Positions 1 through 10,823 of a stretch of 64,000 bases of DNA are shown here, one piece after another. The position numbers and the translations under genes were made by a program. This stretch comes from Callorhinchus milii (taxonomy: Eukaryota), in assembly GCF_018977255.1 (NCBI RefSeq), contig NW_024704743.1, positions 103,852,001-103,916,000 on the forward strand, given 5' to 3'. The notes under the pieces were generated by a model. It was not told the DNA's origin. It saw only the letters and a list, made by a program, of their open reading frames with translations, and searched no databases. Within the stretch, counting starts at the first letter, position 1. Each line of letters opens with the position of its first letter.

Positions 1-576
1 GCAAGTTCAAAATACCTACATGGGCTTGAACCGATGGCTTTCTGACTTAGAGGCAAGAGTGTCACCAACTGAGCAATATTGACAGCTTCAAAATTAATGC
101 CAAATTCTAGATGCTATGAAATGCTACAAAAATAGAGTAAATCTGGACCCAGATAGAAATTTTAGCCATGCGTTTCTAACCAAAATAAGTTTATTATACG
201 TTTCTAACCAAAATAAGTTTTCCTACCCATATTCTTTGGTTAAAGTATAAAAAGTGTAACAGTAAAAAATAATCGTAACTAAGTGGAGGTGATCATTAAT
301 GAGAAGCTATTTGTCAGCATAGACTCTTTTCAATCATTAATTTGTCACTGGCAGAAATTTAAGTTGCTGGATATAAAGTGACTGCAATAAACAATTGAAT
401 TTTTCTGAAAATGGGCTTCTCTCCATGCTGCTTCTTGTGACACTTATAATGACAGGCAATAAAAAAGAGACTTGCACATCCTGTTCCTGCCAATTCACAA
501 ATTATTTTCAACAAGATTCACACTTTTCAGGGTTTAGAAAGAAACCCCACCCCCCTCGCCCACAGCTCCACTTTGT

Positions 577-897
577 GGAGTCCTGTAGCTCAGTGGTTAG
601 AGCACTCGCTTTGCAAGTGAGAGACCTGAGTTCAATTCCAGGCAGGGCAAAACCTTGGGCAAGTTTCCTTACTCCACACGCCTAATAATAATCCCTCCAA
701 AAAAAAAACAATAATTAAATTGGTCATTTTCAATCTACGACTGTTTGTGGGACATTGCTGTGCGCAATTGGCTGCCGCGTTCGCCCACAAATATACAGTC
801 AATTCACTTTACAGTGTGTTCTGTGAAGCGCTTTGGGACGTCCTCCCGACGTGAAAAGCGCTATATCAAATGCAAGGATTATTATTATTATTATTAT
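577..897 (+). mobile_element. Young ~320 bp tRNA-derived SINE with Deu-like segment, L2-type tail and (TTA)n
   Basis: Head GGAGTCCTGTAGCTCAGTGGTTAGAGC (A box)...GAGTTCAATTCC (B box); body TGTGGGACATTGCTGTGCGCAATTGGCTGCC; tail AAAGCGCTATATCAAATGCAAGGA(TTA)n. About ten near-identical copies in the window. Confidence 0.93.
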
Positions 898-2519
898 AAA
901 GCATGGCTAAAGAAATTTTCTAGCAAAGGAAAGTTCTAATAAAATACAATTATACTTGGGAGCTTTTCCCCTGAATCTCGTCTCCATTTAATAAGATTCA
1001 CCTTCTCATTTTCAAAACACTACAATGAAAAATGACAAGGAAATAGTTTCAGAATACCCCTCTCTTTCTAAAAACTTCTTCACTGAGCTGGATGCTTCAC
1101 TAAAACTTTATTACAATGCATTGCCCTCACTACAGACAGTGTGTTTTTATGATTATGTATCTCTTCCATGATCTTGGAAAGAAATGGGAGGTAAGTTCAA
1201 ATTTGTTTCTAACTGAACATTAGCAGCTACCTTCTCTGCGATTTTCCAAGAAGTCTCACTTTTTTAAAAAATACATTTAACTTTAAGGTCAGTTTATTTT
1301 GTCCAACGCTGTTAAGTTTTCCTTTAGCATTTGTTAAAGCAGGAAGTGTTACTGTCATAGAACAATCTTACAGAAATTGAGCCTGGCAATGCACAGGAGA
1401 TGAATCAATATCTAGAGACATTTTCCCCAAATCTATCAGGAATTAAATATGTTAACTCAGCTCCCTCACACTGCTGGGTTTAATTGTCCAAATTAACAAT
1501 ATTTCTATTTCACTATTTGCTTTAACACAAATTTTCAAGCAAACCAAAAGAAGCAGGGAGAAAAACAATGAGGAACCCCCATTGAGTGAAAATTGCCATT
1601 TCAAAGATTAGCACTTTTAACAGCATTTCCCCCCAAAATTGTTTCACAACTTACAAAACAGTGAAACAATTTCATAAATGATGCATTCCTCATCCAAGGG
1701 ACAGAAAAATAAAACAATAAAACTCACAACTATCTTCTTGATGAATTTAACTAATTACAAGTTAAATAATTGGGAGATCACAGCAAGCAGTGCTGACATG
1801 GGCTAAATTAAGACAAATCAAGGTAAACCAACTACTTTCTCACTCGCTTTCAAATCTCTTCATGCCCTGGCAACCCCTACCTATCCGATCTGCTTACCCC
1901 TCGTCCCCTCCACCATCAGTGGTCGTGCCTTCAGCCACTATGCCCCAAAACTCTGGAACTCTCTCCCTCAATCCCTCTGCCTTGCCCTCTACTTTCAAAT
2001 CCCAACCTATAAACCTTCCTTTTTGATTGTGCTTATGGTCACATTTCCCCTCCCTCTGTCTCGGTGTCAAACTGCGCCAGTGTTAGGCACTCTGGGACGC
2101 TACCCGGCATGAAGGGTGCCATATAAATGCAAGTTGTTGTTGGACTTTATAAGAGTAACTAACTGCTTCCTGCAAATAAACATGCTATAATTTCCACATT
2201 TGTCATGCATCATAAAATTCTAATGAGTGCTAGAACCTCAATCCACCTTGATTAAAATCTGACTTTTACCAGTTTACCAGTAAAAAGTTGTATTTTGGGG
2301 TTTCATTTGCAAGTGATGTAAACTATGCATACAGAAGCAATTACCCGAGTCCTTAAATCTAATTGAAAACCATTGAATATTATGACAGGTGAATTGATAA
2401 TCCTTCAAGCCTTGTTCACCCAAAAAATAGTCACTCCACTTTACAGTAAATCCTATGAAGCACTTTGCAAAGTCCTCCCGAATTTAAAGCGTTATTTCAA
2501 AAGGATGATTAATAACTGT

Positions 2520-3073
2520 AGATTAATGAAACTTGATTATGTTGATCATTATAATGTTGTATTGCTGTAAATCTTGCTGATAACCTATGTAATCTTGCTA
2601 GACCTGATTAATATGTGCTGTCTTTTCCTTATCTAGTGTCCTTGTTTTTCCTGGTGCAGTCATGTAGAAAAGGAATGTGCAAATAGATGGTCTTTGTTAT
2701 GTGAGAAGTAAAACAAGAAAACGGTATCTGTGAGACAAACCAGATGGCCTTGTGGTCAGAATTGAAGGAAGGCTTGAGTAAACAAGTCAGGTATAAATGC
2801 AGCCAGTGTAGCAGTTGCTTGTTAGAACTGAATGGGGAAGAAAGTGTTGAAGCCACTGTATCTCTGTTCTCCAGAATAGGTAACTATGTCTTTAACTATA
2901 TTTTTTTCTGTAATTTTGCGTCCCGATAATAAAGATTAATTGAACTGAACTGCTATTCGGAGCTTGGTTATCTGTTGTCCAAATCCATAAGACTCAATCT
3001 GTAAAGTCAATGTTAACTATTATTAAACCACGTGTTAAAGACCTATGATTCTCTCCACCCATGCCTTACCACA
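2520..3073 (+). mobile_element. Possible decayed LTR; related piece at ~52008-52290
   Basis: Shares GTATCTGT..AACCAGATGG.CTT.TGGTCA with 52190-52230; has TATAAA, AATAAA and a TTACCACA end. Confidence 0.35.
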
Positions 3074-3489
3074 AGGCACAAATTTGACACACATTGTTCT
3101 GACGTATGTTCTCGATCAAGCAGCCTGCCGATGAGTGAGATGACAAACATGGTCAGCATCATAAATGAAAAGTGTACAACACAATCTTCCATTTATATTG
3201 TGCCTTTCATACAAGATGGTGTTTTGGATTACTGCACAGTGGTGGGGTTTGGCCGCCGACCAAGAGAGAAAGGTGAAAGAGAGAGATGACCAAAGGTGCA
3301 GTCAAAGTTTTATCACATTTTAAGGTAGGATTTCAAATCGGATAAACAGCAAAAACAAAATTACATTTGTATAGCTCCTTCCACGTCGGGAGAATGTCCC
3401 AAGTTGCTGGCCAGTCAGTGTTTCAGACCTGAGCTGGCGGTCGGGATTGGGGAGGGTGGAGGGCAAGGGGAAGGAGGGTGATCCTGCAC

Positions 3490-3866
3490 ATAATATAGGG
3501 CTAAACAGAATGCTATTCATTCATAAAGTTTTTTTTTTTAAAAAAGTTCTATTCTTTTCTGAACTCCATTGGTAAAGAATAAGGATTTAGGCAGGAGTTC
3601 CATAGATGAGATATGTTGCAGACCCAAACAAGAGTGTTAACTACAAACAAGGATTCAGCATTGTTAAATGACTAGAAAAAGAATCATTTCCACAATTGCA
3701 GGATCACATAAGTACCGTAAATAAAGGGTGCTACGTGCTTCCCTATAAAAAATTGGTCACTATATAACAAATGACCAATGTTCCCAATGGAGTTCAGTAA
3801 AGAGTAGAGCTTTTTTTTAAAAAAAAACTTTATGAATGAACGACATTCGGTTTAACCCTATATTAT
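3490..3866. mobile_element. MITE-like non-autonomous DNA transposon with ~83 bp terminal inverted repeats
   Basis: 3490-3572 (ataatatagggctaaacagaatg...gaactccattgg) is the near-exact reverse complement of 3784-3866. Confidence 0.8.
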
Positions 3867-4915
3867 AACTACAGTACTGATGTCCAAATTGACAAGGAAA
3901 TCAAAACTATCCATCTGTAGTTAATTAACGTTTGAAGATCTATACGGAACCAGTCATGTCAGAATAAGTTTTAACGTGACAGCAATCCCACAGCATAATA
4001 CAAAGGTTCTTTCACTTCTGTTAAGAGCTATTAGAAGTCACTTGCACCTATAATAGTCACAAAAGACAGTTCTTCAGCAAGAGAGGCCAGATTGGAAACA
4101 ATATTTTCCACCAAATTGACTAATTTCTCATCTAGGTACCAATTATGAGGTATATATTTGTTTGAAAGGACTCTCCTGCTGTACTTTCTAATAAAACTGT
4201 CTCCAGATTTCCCGTTTCACACTCCTGTAACTAGATACTTGGTGCAACACTGTATTTAACAAGTAAGGTATTTTTTGCTTTCCAAACATTGAAATGACAA
4301 AGGCTAGTTAAATTGGTTTACAATTGCTTATTAACACAGGACAGAAGCACCATTGTAGTACAGTGATCAGGACTCCTCTGGTTTCCTTTCCTCCACAATG
4401 ACACATCCCTTTCATTTTACAAGGCGATTGCTTCTGTCCTCAAGACCTGTTTGTAGACATTGGGTCAGAAGGGGATAGTAAACTCTACCCCAATTTTACC
4501 CAGAAAGAGAAGAGGAATTAGAGAAGAAGCCAAGGCCAAGATATCTCACCACAGCTCAACAGGTCACCCGTTGTGCCGCCAAGGTTTGCAGAACAGGAGG
4601 ATCCCACATTAACTCAGGGGCTGGTGTGCCAATGACTCACCTTATCCAAGTAATAAAATTATCCAAAGTAGGAGCCTTCCCTACTTTTCCCTAGTCTGTG
4701 CAGGAACCTGGTAGAGTCCAGCAAACTATCTGGTGAGACCTAGGTATGGGACTTCTTTTGGGGAAGAGACATTCCACACCAAGGTGGCACAGCCAGGGCT
4801 GTGATTCCTGTTTTGAGACCTGCCTGTGGACCCTACAGTAAGTGTCCAGCTGCCTGTAAACGAGATGGCATGCGACAACAGGTTAAATAAGTGTGTGAAG
4901 AGAATCAAGCCTCAC

Positions 4916-5570
4916 CCGCAGCAGTGTCTGGGACTCCTCTCTGGACTTGAGCTCTGTGCTTGTGGGATACTGTGAGGTGAGAGCCCGCTTGTCCCTCTCC
5001 CTCTCCCCTCCTCCTGCTCCTGCTCCGGGGAGAGGCTGCACGGACGCCCCGCTGGGAAAGCTCTTGGAGTCTGGGGTCTGCAGCCCGAACACTTCTTCCA
5101 TCGCCCTGCGTGCGGGGGGTTTGAGGGTCTCCTGTTGCTGGCTGGCGGCCAGGCTGGTGCTGAGCAGAGGCAGCGCGCTCTGGCCGGGGAAGGGGCTGTT
5201 CCCTGGGTGCAGCTCCCCGGGGGCCGCCCTCTCCTTGACGCTCCAGGACGTTTTCCTCGCCTCTTCCTTGGAGGAGTCAGACCAGCGCTTGTCGGAGCTG
5301 CGCCCGTCCCTCTCCTCTGCTGCCGCTGCGGGGGGGTGAGGCTGGCTCTCCGATGGGGTGGGAGTGCGGTGCCGCAGCTCCACTGTGACCGTGGCCCCCT
5401 CCCCGCCGTGGCCGAGGCTGTTGGCTGTTGCAGGGGGGGTCTCCGTGTCAGTGGAGCCGCTGCCTGGCTCCGGGGCAGCGCAATGCGCCGCGTTGAAATG
5501 CTCCAGCAAAGCCTGTGTGCTGGGAGCCGTCCACTTGCACTGACGACACTTGTAGCAGTTATGAGCCCTC
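4916..5570 (-). CDS. TRPS1: TRPS1 third coding exon (R-RAHNCYKCRQCKWTAPSTQALLEHFNAAH...EESQTLLR), end of finger 6 plus finger 7; the next (GATA-finger) exon is outside the window
   Basis: Acceptor tttgcttcag|GAGGGCTCAT at 5570 completes the phase-2 codon AG|G. Donor CTGCGG|gtgagg at 4916. 655 nt. Both ends match TRPS1 (RAHxCYKCRQC...LLEHFN..H; ESQxLLR just before the GATA exon). Confidence 0.95.
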
Positions 5571-6307
5571 CTGAAGCAAACAATGTCTTGATTATTAAAT
5601 CAATAAAAAGTAACAATTCATTTATAATCAACAAAATTAACAAGTGCAATCCCTCCTCCCTCCCCACCTCCTTTATTATTATTGTTGTTGTTTGAGTGTG
5701 TGCATTTTTTTAAAAACAAAACCCAACTAACACATAAATGCGATTTATATGTGGGTCAAGTTATACTCGACTGGGAACTAACTGTTTGAAGCTTTAGACT
5801 CGCATCATTTTTCATTGCTATCCTGTTTCCTGGTTTTAAAGTACAAACTGAATCGCAATTGCAACTTGGAGCTGTAGCTGTCTGCGAGCAATATTTCATC
5901 CTTTGGCTAAATTACAGCTAATTTACTGATCAATTCACACCATGGAATTGGAACAAACCGTTCATTAACACATCTACAGATTTGCAAATCAGTTTCATTC
6001 ACTGTCTGTCCTTTCCCTCCCTCCCCACCAAAAAAAAATAAAACTTTCTTGAGATTGTTTTGTTCATCTGGAGCTACTCATGATACAACCGACTGCAATG
6101 CCCAGTGTCACAAATCTGCTCACTTTCCTCATTAGATATTTTCTCACAAACCCAATGAAACGACTGCTTTTCACCACCTGTTAAATACACTGTGTTGTCC
6201 AGTGCTGCGGTTCAATTGAACACTTAAAAGTTTACCTTCCCTCTTGATTGAGATTGTGGCTTCACCTGTTAACCATCTAGTGCTCTAGCTTGTGAGTGTC
6301 TGTTTAC

Positions 6308-7485
6308 CTGTAGTGACGGAAGACCTCTTCCTCTACTTGGGTAACAAAGTCACATTTGGTACAACAGTGTTCTTCAGTCTCTTTGCCGGGCACCTGTCCA
6401 TCACTTCCCTGGCTGTTGGCCTCCTCAGCCTTGCCTGGGGGGGGTGTGCTATGCGTGCTATCATAATGCTGCAGGAGCACATCTGCATCCTGAACTGTGA
6501 ATGAACATTGATCGCACTGGTGTTTAACCCTTGCACTCCCTCCCGCCCCTGGGGACGAGTGCAAGAGCAGCAGAGCGCAGTGGGAGCAATTACTTTTCCT
6601 GCAAGCAAATGGGTAGGTGATTTCCCCAAGGTGCTTTTCTGGGCCACACAGCCCTCCGGGGCAGTACTGGCAGTGTTTAATGGTGCATTTGTGAACGTTG
6701 TGTCTGTAATGGTAGTGCCTCAGCAAAGGTCCCACAATGATCACGTCAGGTCCATGACTCAATGAGTACCTGAATTTACACAACTGACAGTTGTAGCTGG
6801 TCATCATGCTTTCCTCAGTCGAGTTGGTGGCTTCTTTCTTTTTGACTGAGCCTATTCCTTTGTCTGCTTTAGCAGAGAATTCCCCATCCGATTTATTAGT
6901 TGCATTAAGCTCACTTTCTTTCGAAGAGTCATTCTGGTTAAGTACAGGTCCCTGGCTGGCAATTTTGTCAGAAAAATCTCTGTTAAAGTAACTAGTGCGT
7001 TGATCTTCTCCGTGCTGCTTGTTATAATGATCCATGAGCTTTAAGCTGTCTGAAGACTCACAACTGAAGCTGCAAAGCCTACACCAGAAGTAACAGGTAG
7101 CGTCCAGGCCATTTTGTTTGGAGGTGTCCATGGATTTGATGGGTACAGAGTAGCCAATGGGGGTGTTATCCTCTGCCCTGATGGTAGACTTATCTTGCCA
7201 TTTCCCCAAATCCTCTGGGTCTGATGGACGAGGTAAATAGCGCTCAACTGCAGGGGTGCCTTTACTAGCGTTTTTCTCGGATTTGTTGGCATCTTTCCCA
7301 GATTCCAGAGCAGAAGGCACACTTTTCATTTTATTGGGATGAGTTGACATGAAGTGCTGTTCTAGTTCAGTAGAAGAGCTGCCCATGTAGGTGAAATTGC
7401 AGAATTTGCACCGGAAATACTTGGTGTTGCCTTGGCAGTCTGGTGTTTTGCGTCCAATGCCAATGAACATTCCTCCCAATGTAAC
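6308..7485 (-). CDS. TRPS1: TRPS1 second coding exon ([29 protein letters not shown]...EEEVFRHY-R), C2H2 fingers 2-5 and most of finger 6
   Basis: Lies inside ORF 6304..7635(-). Acceptor tttcag|GTTACA at 7485 and donor TACAG|gtaaac at 6308. 1178 nt, ending in phase 2. Contains TRPS1-diagnostic motifs [25 protein letters not shown] and [14 protein letters not shown]. Confidence 0.97.
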
Positions 7486-9887
7486 CTGAAAGTAAATAAA
7501 AAACAAATGTGTTTTCCATTTCAGTACTTGATTTAACCAAAATGTATCACAAGTTCCAAGGAACCTGTATTTTCCACTATGTCTTGGAAGAAGAAAGCCA
7601 AGTGGTTTAATACAGATCAAGTTGTTATTGTGCAATTATTAAAACTTCAAACCCTATACATTCACTGTTTACATCCACCCACCAATGTCACCTATTATTC
7701 AGTCATTTGATCTAGTACATCATATGTCTAATATATAGCACTGCTATTACCACTTGTTATCTATTTAAACTTCTTAAATGTGCAAACAAAAACATAAGAG
7801 TGGCACAGCTTCACCGACTAAGAAAGAAGTGTGCAGCCAAAATAAATGTAAACAACTTGGTTTAGTTCACAAAATAAATGTCTTTATTCGCTGTTTAACT
7901 GTTCCATTACTATATGATAGGCATTCGTTGTTCCAATGCAAAAATTTTAGTTTACTGGCATGGAAAGTGTTAAAGTTCTCATTCGAACAGCAATGCTAAC
8001 GATGCCCTTTACTGCACCAGCAACCTTATAATTGTGCCTGCAGCCATTAACAAAAAACAGTGGTAGCATACAGGGCAAAGATTTTTCAAAAAGTTCTGTT
8101 TAACTGCATTCAATTAATTTATAATTTAGTCTACTTAAAACAGCTTCACCAACTAAGAAGGAAGTGGGGAGACAAAATGTTGTAGTTGGGACAACTTAAT
8201 TTGACTTAAATGTAATATCAGCAAAGAAAAATCATTTTAAATGTACACTTTAAACTACTTTTCAGCCAGTGGTATCAGTTCCATATTAATTCATTTTAAA
8301 TGTTTACCTCCATACCCATATAATTGTGTTCAAGACAGGCTCCCTTTGTAAAGACTAAATTGCTTGTATATTTCTTTGCATAATTTGTATGTTTGAATAA
8401 GCAGAATTTCATAAATAGAGACATTTCAGTGTTGTCCCTGAAAACTGCATTGAAACACATTTTGGACAGACATTTAAGGGATATACAAAACTGAAAGCAA
8501 AAAAATCTAAAAGTATGTTTGAATTTCCTCACGCTTCCAATTTCTAAAATAGGATGAAAAGATTTGCCAATATTCAAAATTGGTCTCCAGGTCCCATTAG
8601 CCATAACATAAGTCTAAGGGAGGTAGAATATATTAATTAGAACTGTACTAAACAAGAGTGAGAAAATTACAATCAAATGAACAATAATCCCTCCTTTGGT
8701 GTAGCGCCTTTCACATCAGAATAACATCTCAAAGTACTTCACAGGATTTACTGTAAAGGGTAGTAACTACTATTTTGTAGACAAACAATCAAAACGCCAA
8801 ACAGGAATATGTGCACTTGAAACAGAAGATTGCCAGAAAAACGAACCATAACTAAGGAACTACTATCCAGCAAATAGGTGTGATTTGCCGTTGTTTGTAA
8901 TCTTTCTGAGATTCAGAGAATATTACTCTATTATGAAGAAACCATGTGTATAAAATGTACAAGGTAACTTAAGAGGCTGCTCTTAAAACCTACTAATGTC
9001 AAAAGGACACAAAGGCTCAGGAAAATAATTTCCTCCCAAAGTAGGCAGTTTGCTCCAGATAAATCTAAATGGCTGTTAGGTTAGTTACTTTCATTGTGAT
9101 GTTTCTTTGTATTTGGAATATCTTAGCTAATTTATTTAACTGAGACGTGTAACCTATTGGTCACTGCTGCAACAAGGCATGCCAGAAACCTTAAAAAATT
9201 GCATTGGATAATCTGTTTAAAATCTTGTAATAGGCAGCCTTGTCCAACTGCAGTGAACATCAAAAGCAGCTCACGGAGAAATTGATATTTAAAGAATAAA
9301 TTAATCAAGCAGAGATAGTTTTTCATTAACAATAATGGATTGAACTGGTTTTTAATGCTGCCTTTTACCAATGTGCAAATAGCCGCACTCAGCAAACAAA
9401 TTATTGCAATAAAACACAAATGGGATTTAACTGAAAATGATCAAGGCTGAATAATTACTACAATTCATATATGAATATGTACATTTAATTGACTGCTGAT
9501 TTCAATGCAGACTGATGGTAGGGCTGAAACAAAAGTGTATTAATAGAATATATATCTGTTCTGTTACTGTAAAAATTATAAATGGAAAAGCCAAATTAAT
9601 TACTTTTATTGTTGTGCTCTATCAGAATTATATATATGTGCATAGTTGAAATACGGGGAATAAGGAAAAGCCCTTGCTGACCATCTCTAATAGGATCATT
9701 CCCACAATAATCTTCCTTTTCACTGACTCAAATTTTTATTGTAGACCTAATTTCCTATTACACAAATTGATTTTCCTCTCAGATTTATTTTGGTTCCTTA
9801 AGATTAACTAGCGTCTGTCATATTTTAATGGTTACCACCTCTGTCTGCGGTGTTGGATCCAATGGCAATAGCTGACAGAATACCTAC

Positions 9888-10823
9888 ATGTACATCATAG
9901 GTCCCATTTAACATGGTAGACCGCTGGACATTCAGATCCTGTAACATCCCCGTAAGCAGGCCCGCGTTTCGACTCAGTTTCTTAAAATCTTTGGACTGGG
10001 AGAACTGTACCATGTTGTGCAGGGCCAGGATTTTGGTGTCCAGATCCGCATCTTGGCGGGTGCGGTTGTGCAGACCTAGGTGATATTTGCGGAAATGCTT
10101 GATCAAATCGGTTGGGTCGTTCCCATAATAGCCATAACCACAAATGTTGCATTTGAAGTCTTGCAGCTCTGGAGTCAGAGGCGCCTCATCTGGATTATCA
10201 GTCAGTTCCTCTGCTTTTGATTTTTCAAGTGCATCAGTCTCACCTGAAAGCACCTGAGAGTTTTCTGAAGGCACGGAGCTGGGATTTGAAGTGTGATGGT
10301 CAGGTGGCCCACCCTGAAGCAGCTGGACCTTCTCAAGCCCACTCTTAGGTGACGCCTGGATCGCGTGGTTTGTTTCCGAGAAGTTCCCAGATGCATTGCA
10401 GTTCCTGCCATCGCCATCATCTGGTTCTGATCTGCCAGGAGACTTCCAGGCCTCGCAGACTCCACCAGCAGCCTGAGATGAGAAAGCAGACATATTTCTG
10501 TCTGTCACCTCATCTTGCGGGAAGGATGGAACATTTCCTCCCTTTTTGTGGCTTTCATAATTGAAGCCAGTCCCTTCGCCCAGTGCGGGGCTTTTCAAGT
10601 CACTTTTGATGCCGGCTGCGTCTGTGACACGCAGACAATGTTCCTCCTTGTTGATTGAGTCTAGTGCATCTTGTTGGTTGTTGTGTTCCTGCATGGGATC
10701 CGGGTGTCTTGAGCCCTCAGCAGCCTCCTTGTTCACAGCAGCTTCTGACTGAGGAACCTGGCAAACTTCACCTTCCCCTTGGCTCACGAGATTTCTCAGT
10801 GGTGGATTCTTTTTCCGGACCAT
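9888..10823 (-). CDS. TRPS1: TRPS1 first coding exon (MVRKKNPPLRN...NGTYDVH), includes C2H2 finger 1; the exon begins at 10825, 2 nt before the ATG
   Basis: Translation matches the vertebrate TRPS1 N-terminus (MVRKKNPPLRN; FKCNICGYGYYGNDPTDLIKHFRKYHLGLHNRTRQD). Acceptor ttttaatatag|ATATGG at 10826/10825 and donor CAT|gtaggt at 9888/9887. 936 nt = 312 codons, phase 0. Confidence 0.97.

Noticed and set aside
577..650. tRNA-Ala(TGC)-like sequence, repeated about ten times
   Set aside because: It is always fused to the same ~250 bp body and (TTA)n tail, with an imperfect acceptor stem. These are SINE heads, not tRNA genes.
4370..4870. Moderately GC-rich intronic block that might be an ancient repeat such as LF-SINE
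   Set aside because: I could not match it to a family with confidence; it needs a Dfam search.
1..4900. Search for the TRPS1 GATA-finger exon (RRRGSGVFCANC)
   Set aside because: Not found; it must lie beyond the left edge of the window.
4947..5695. Plus-strand and alternative-frame ORFs over the GC-rich exon
   Set aside because: These are shadow ORFs caused by high GC content; only the frame continuous with TRPS1 has splice sites and homology.
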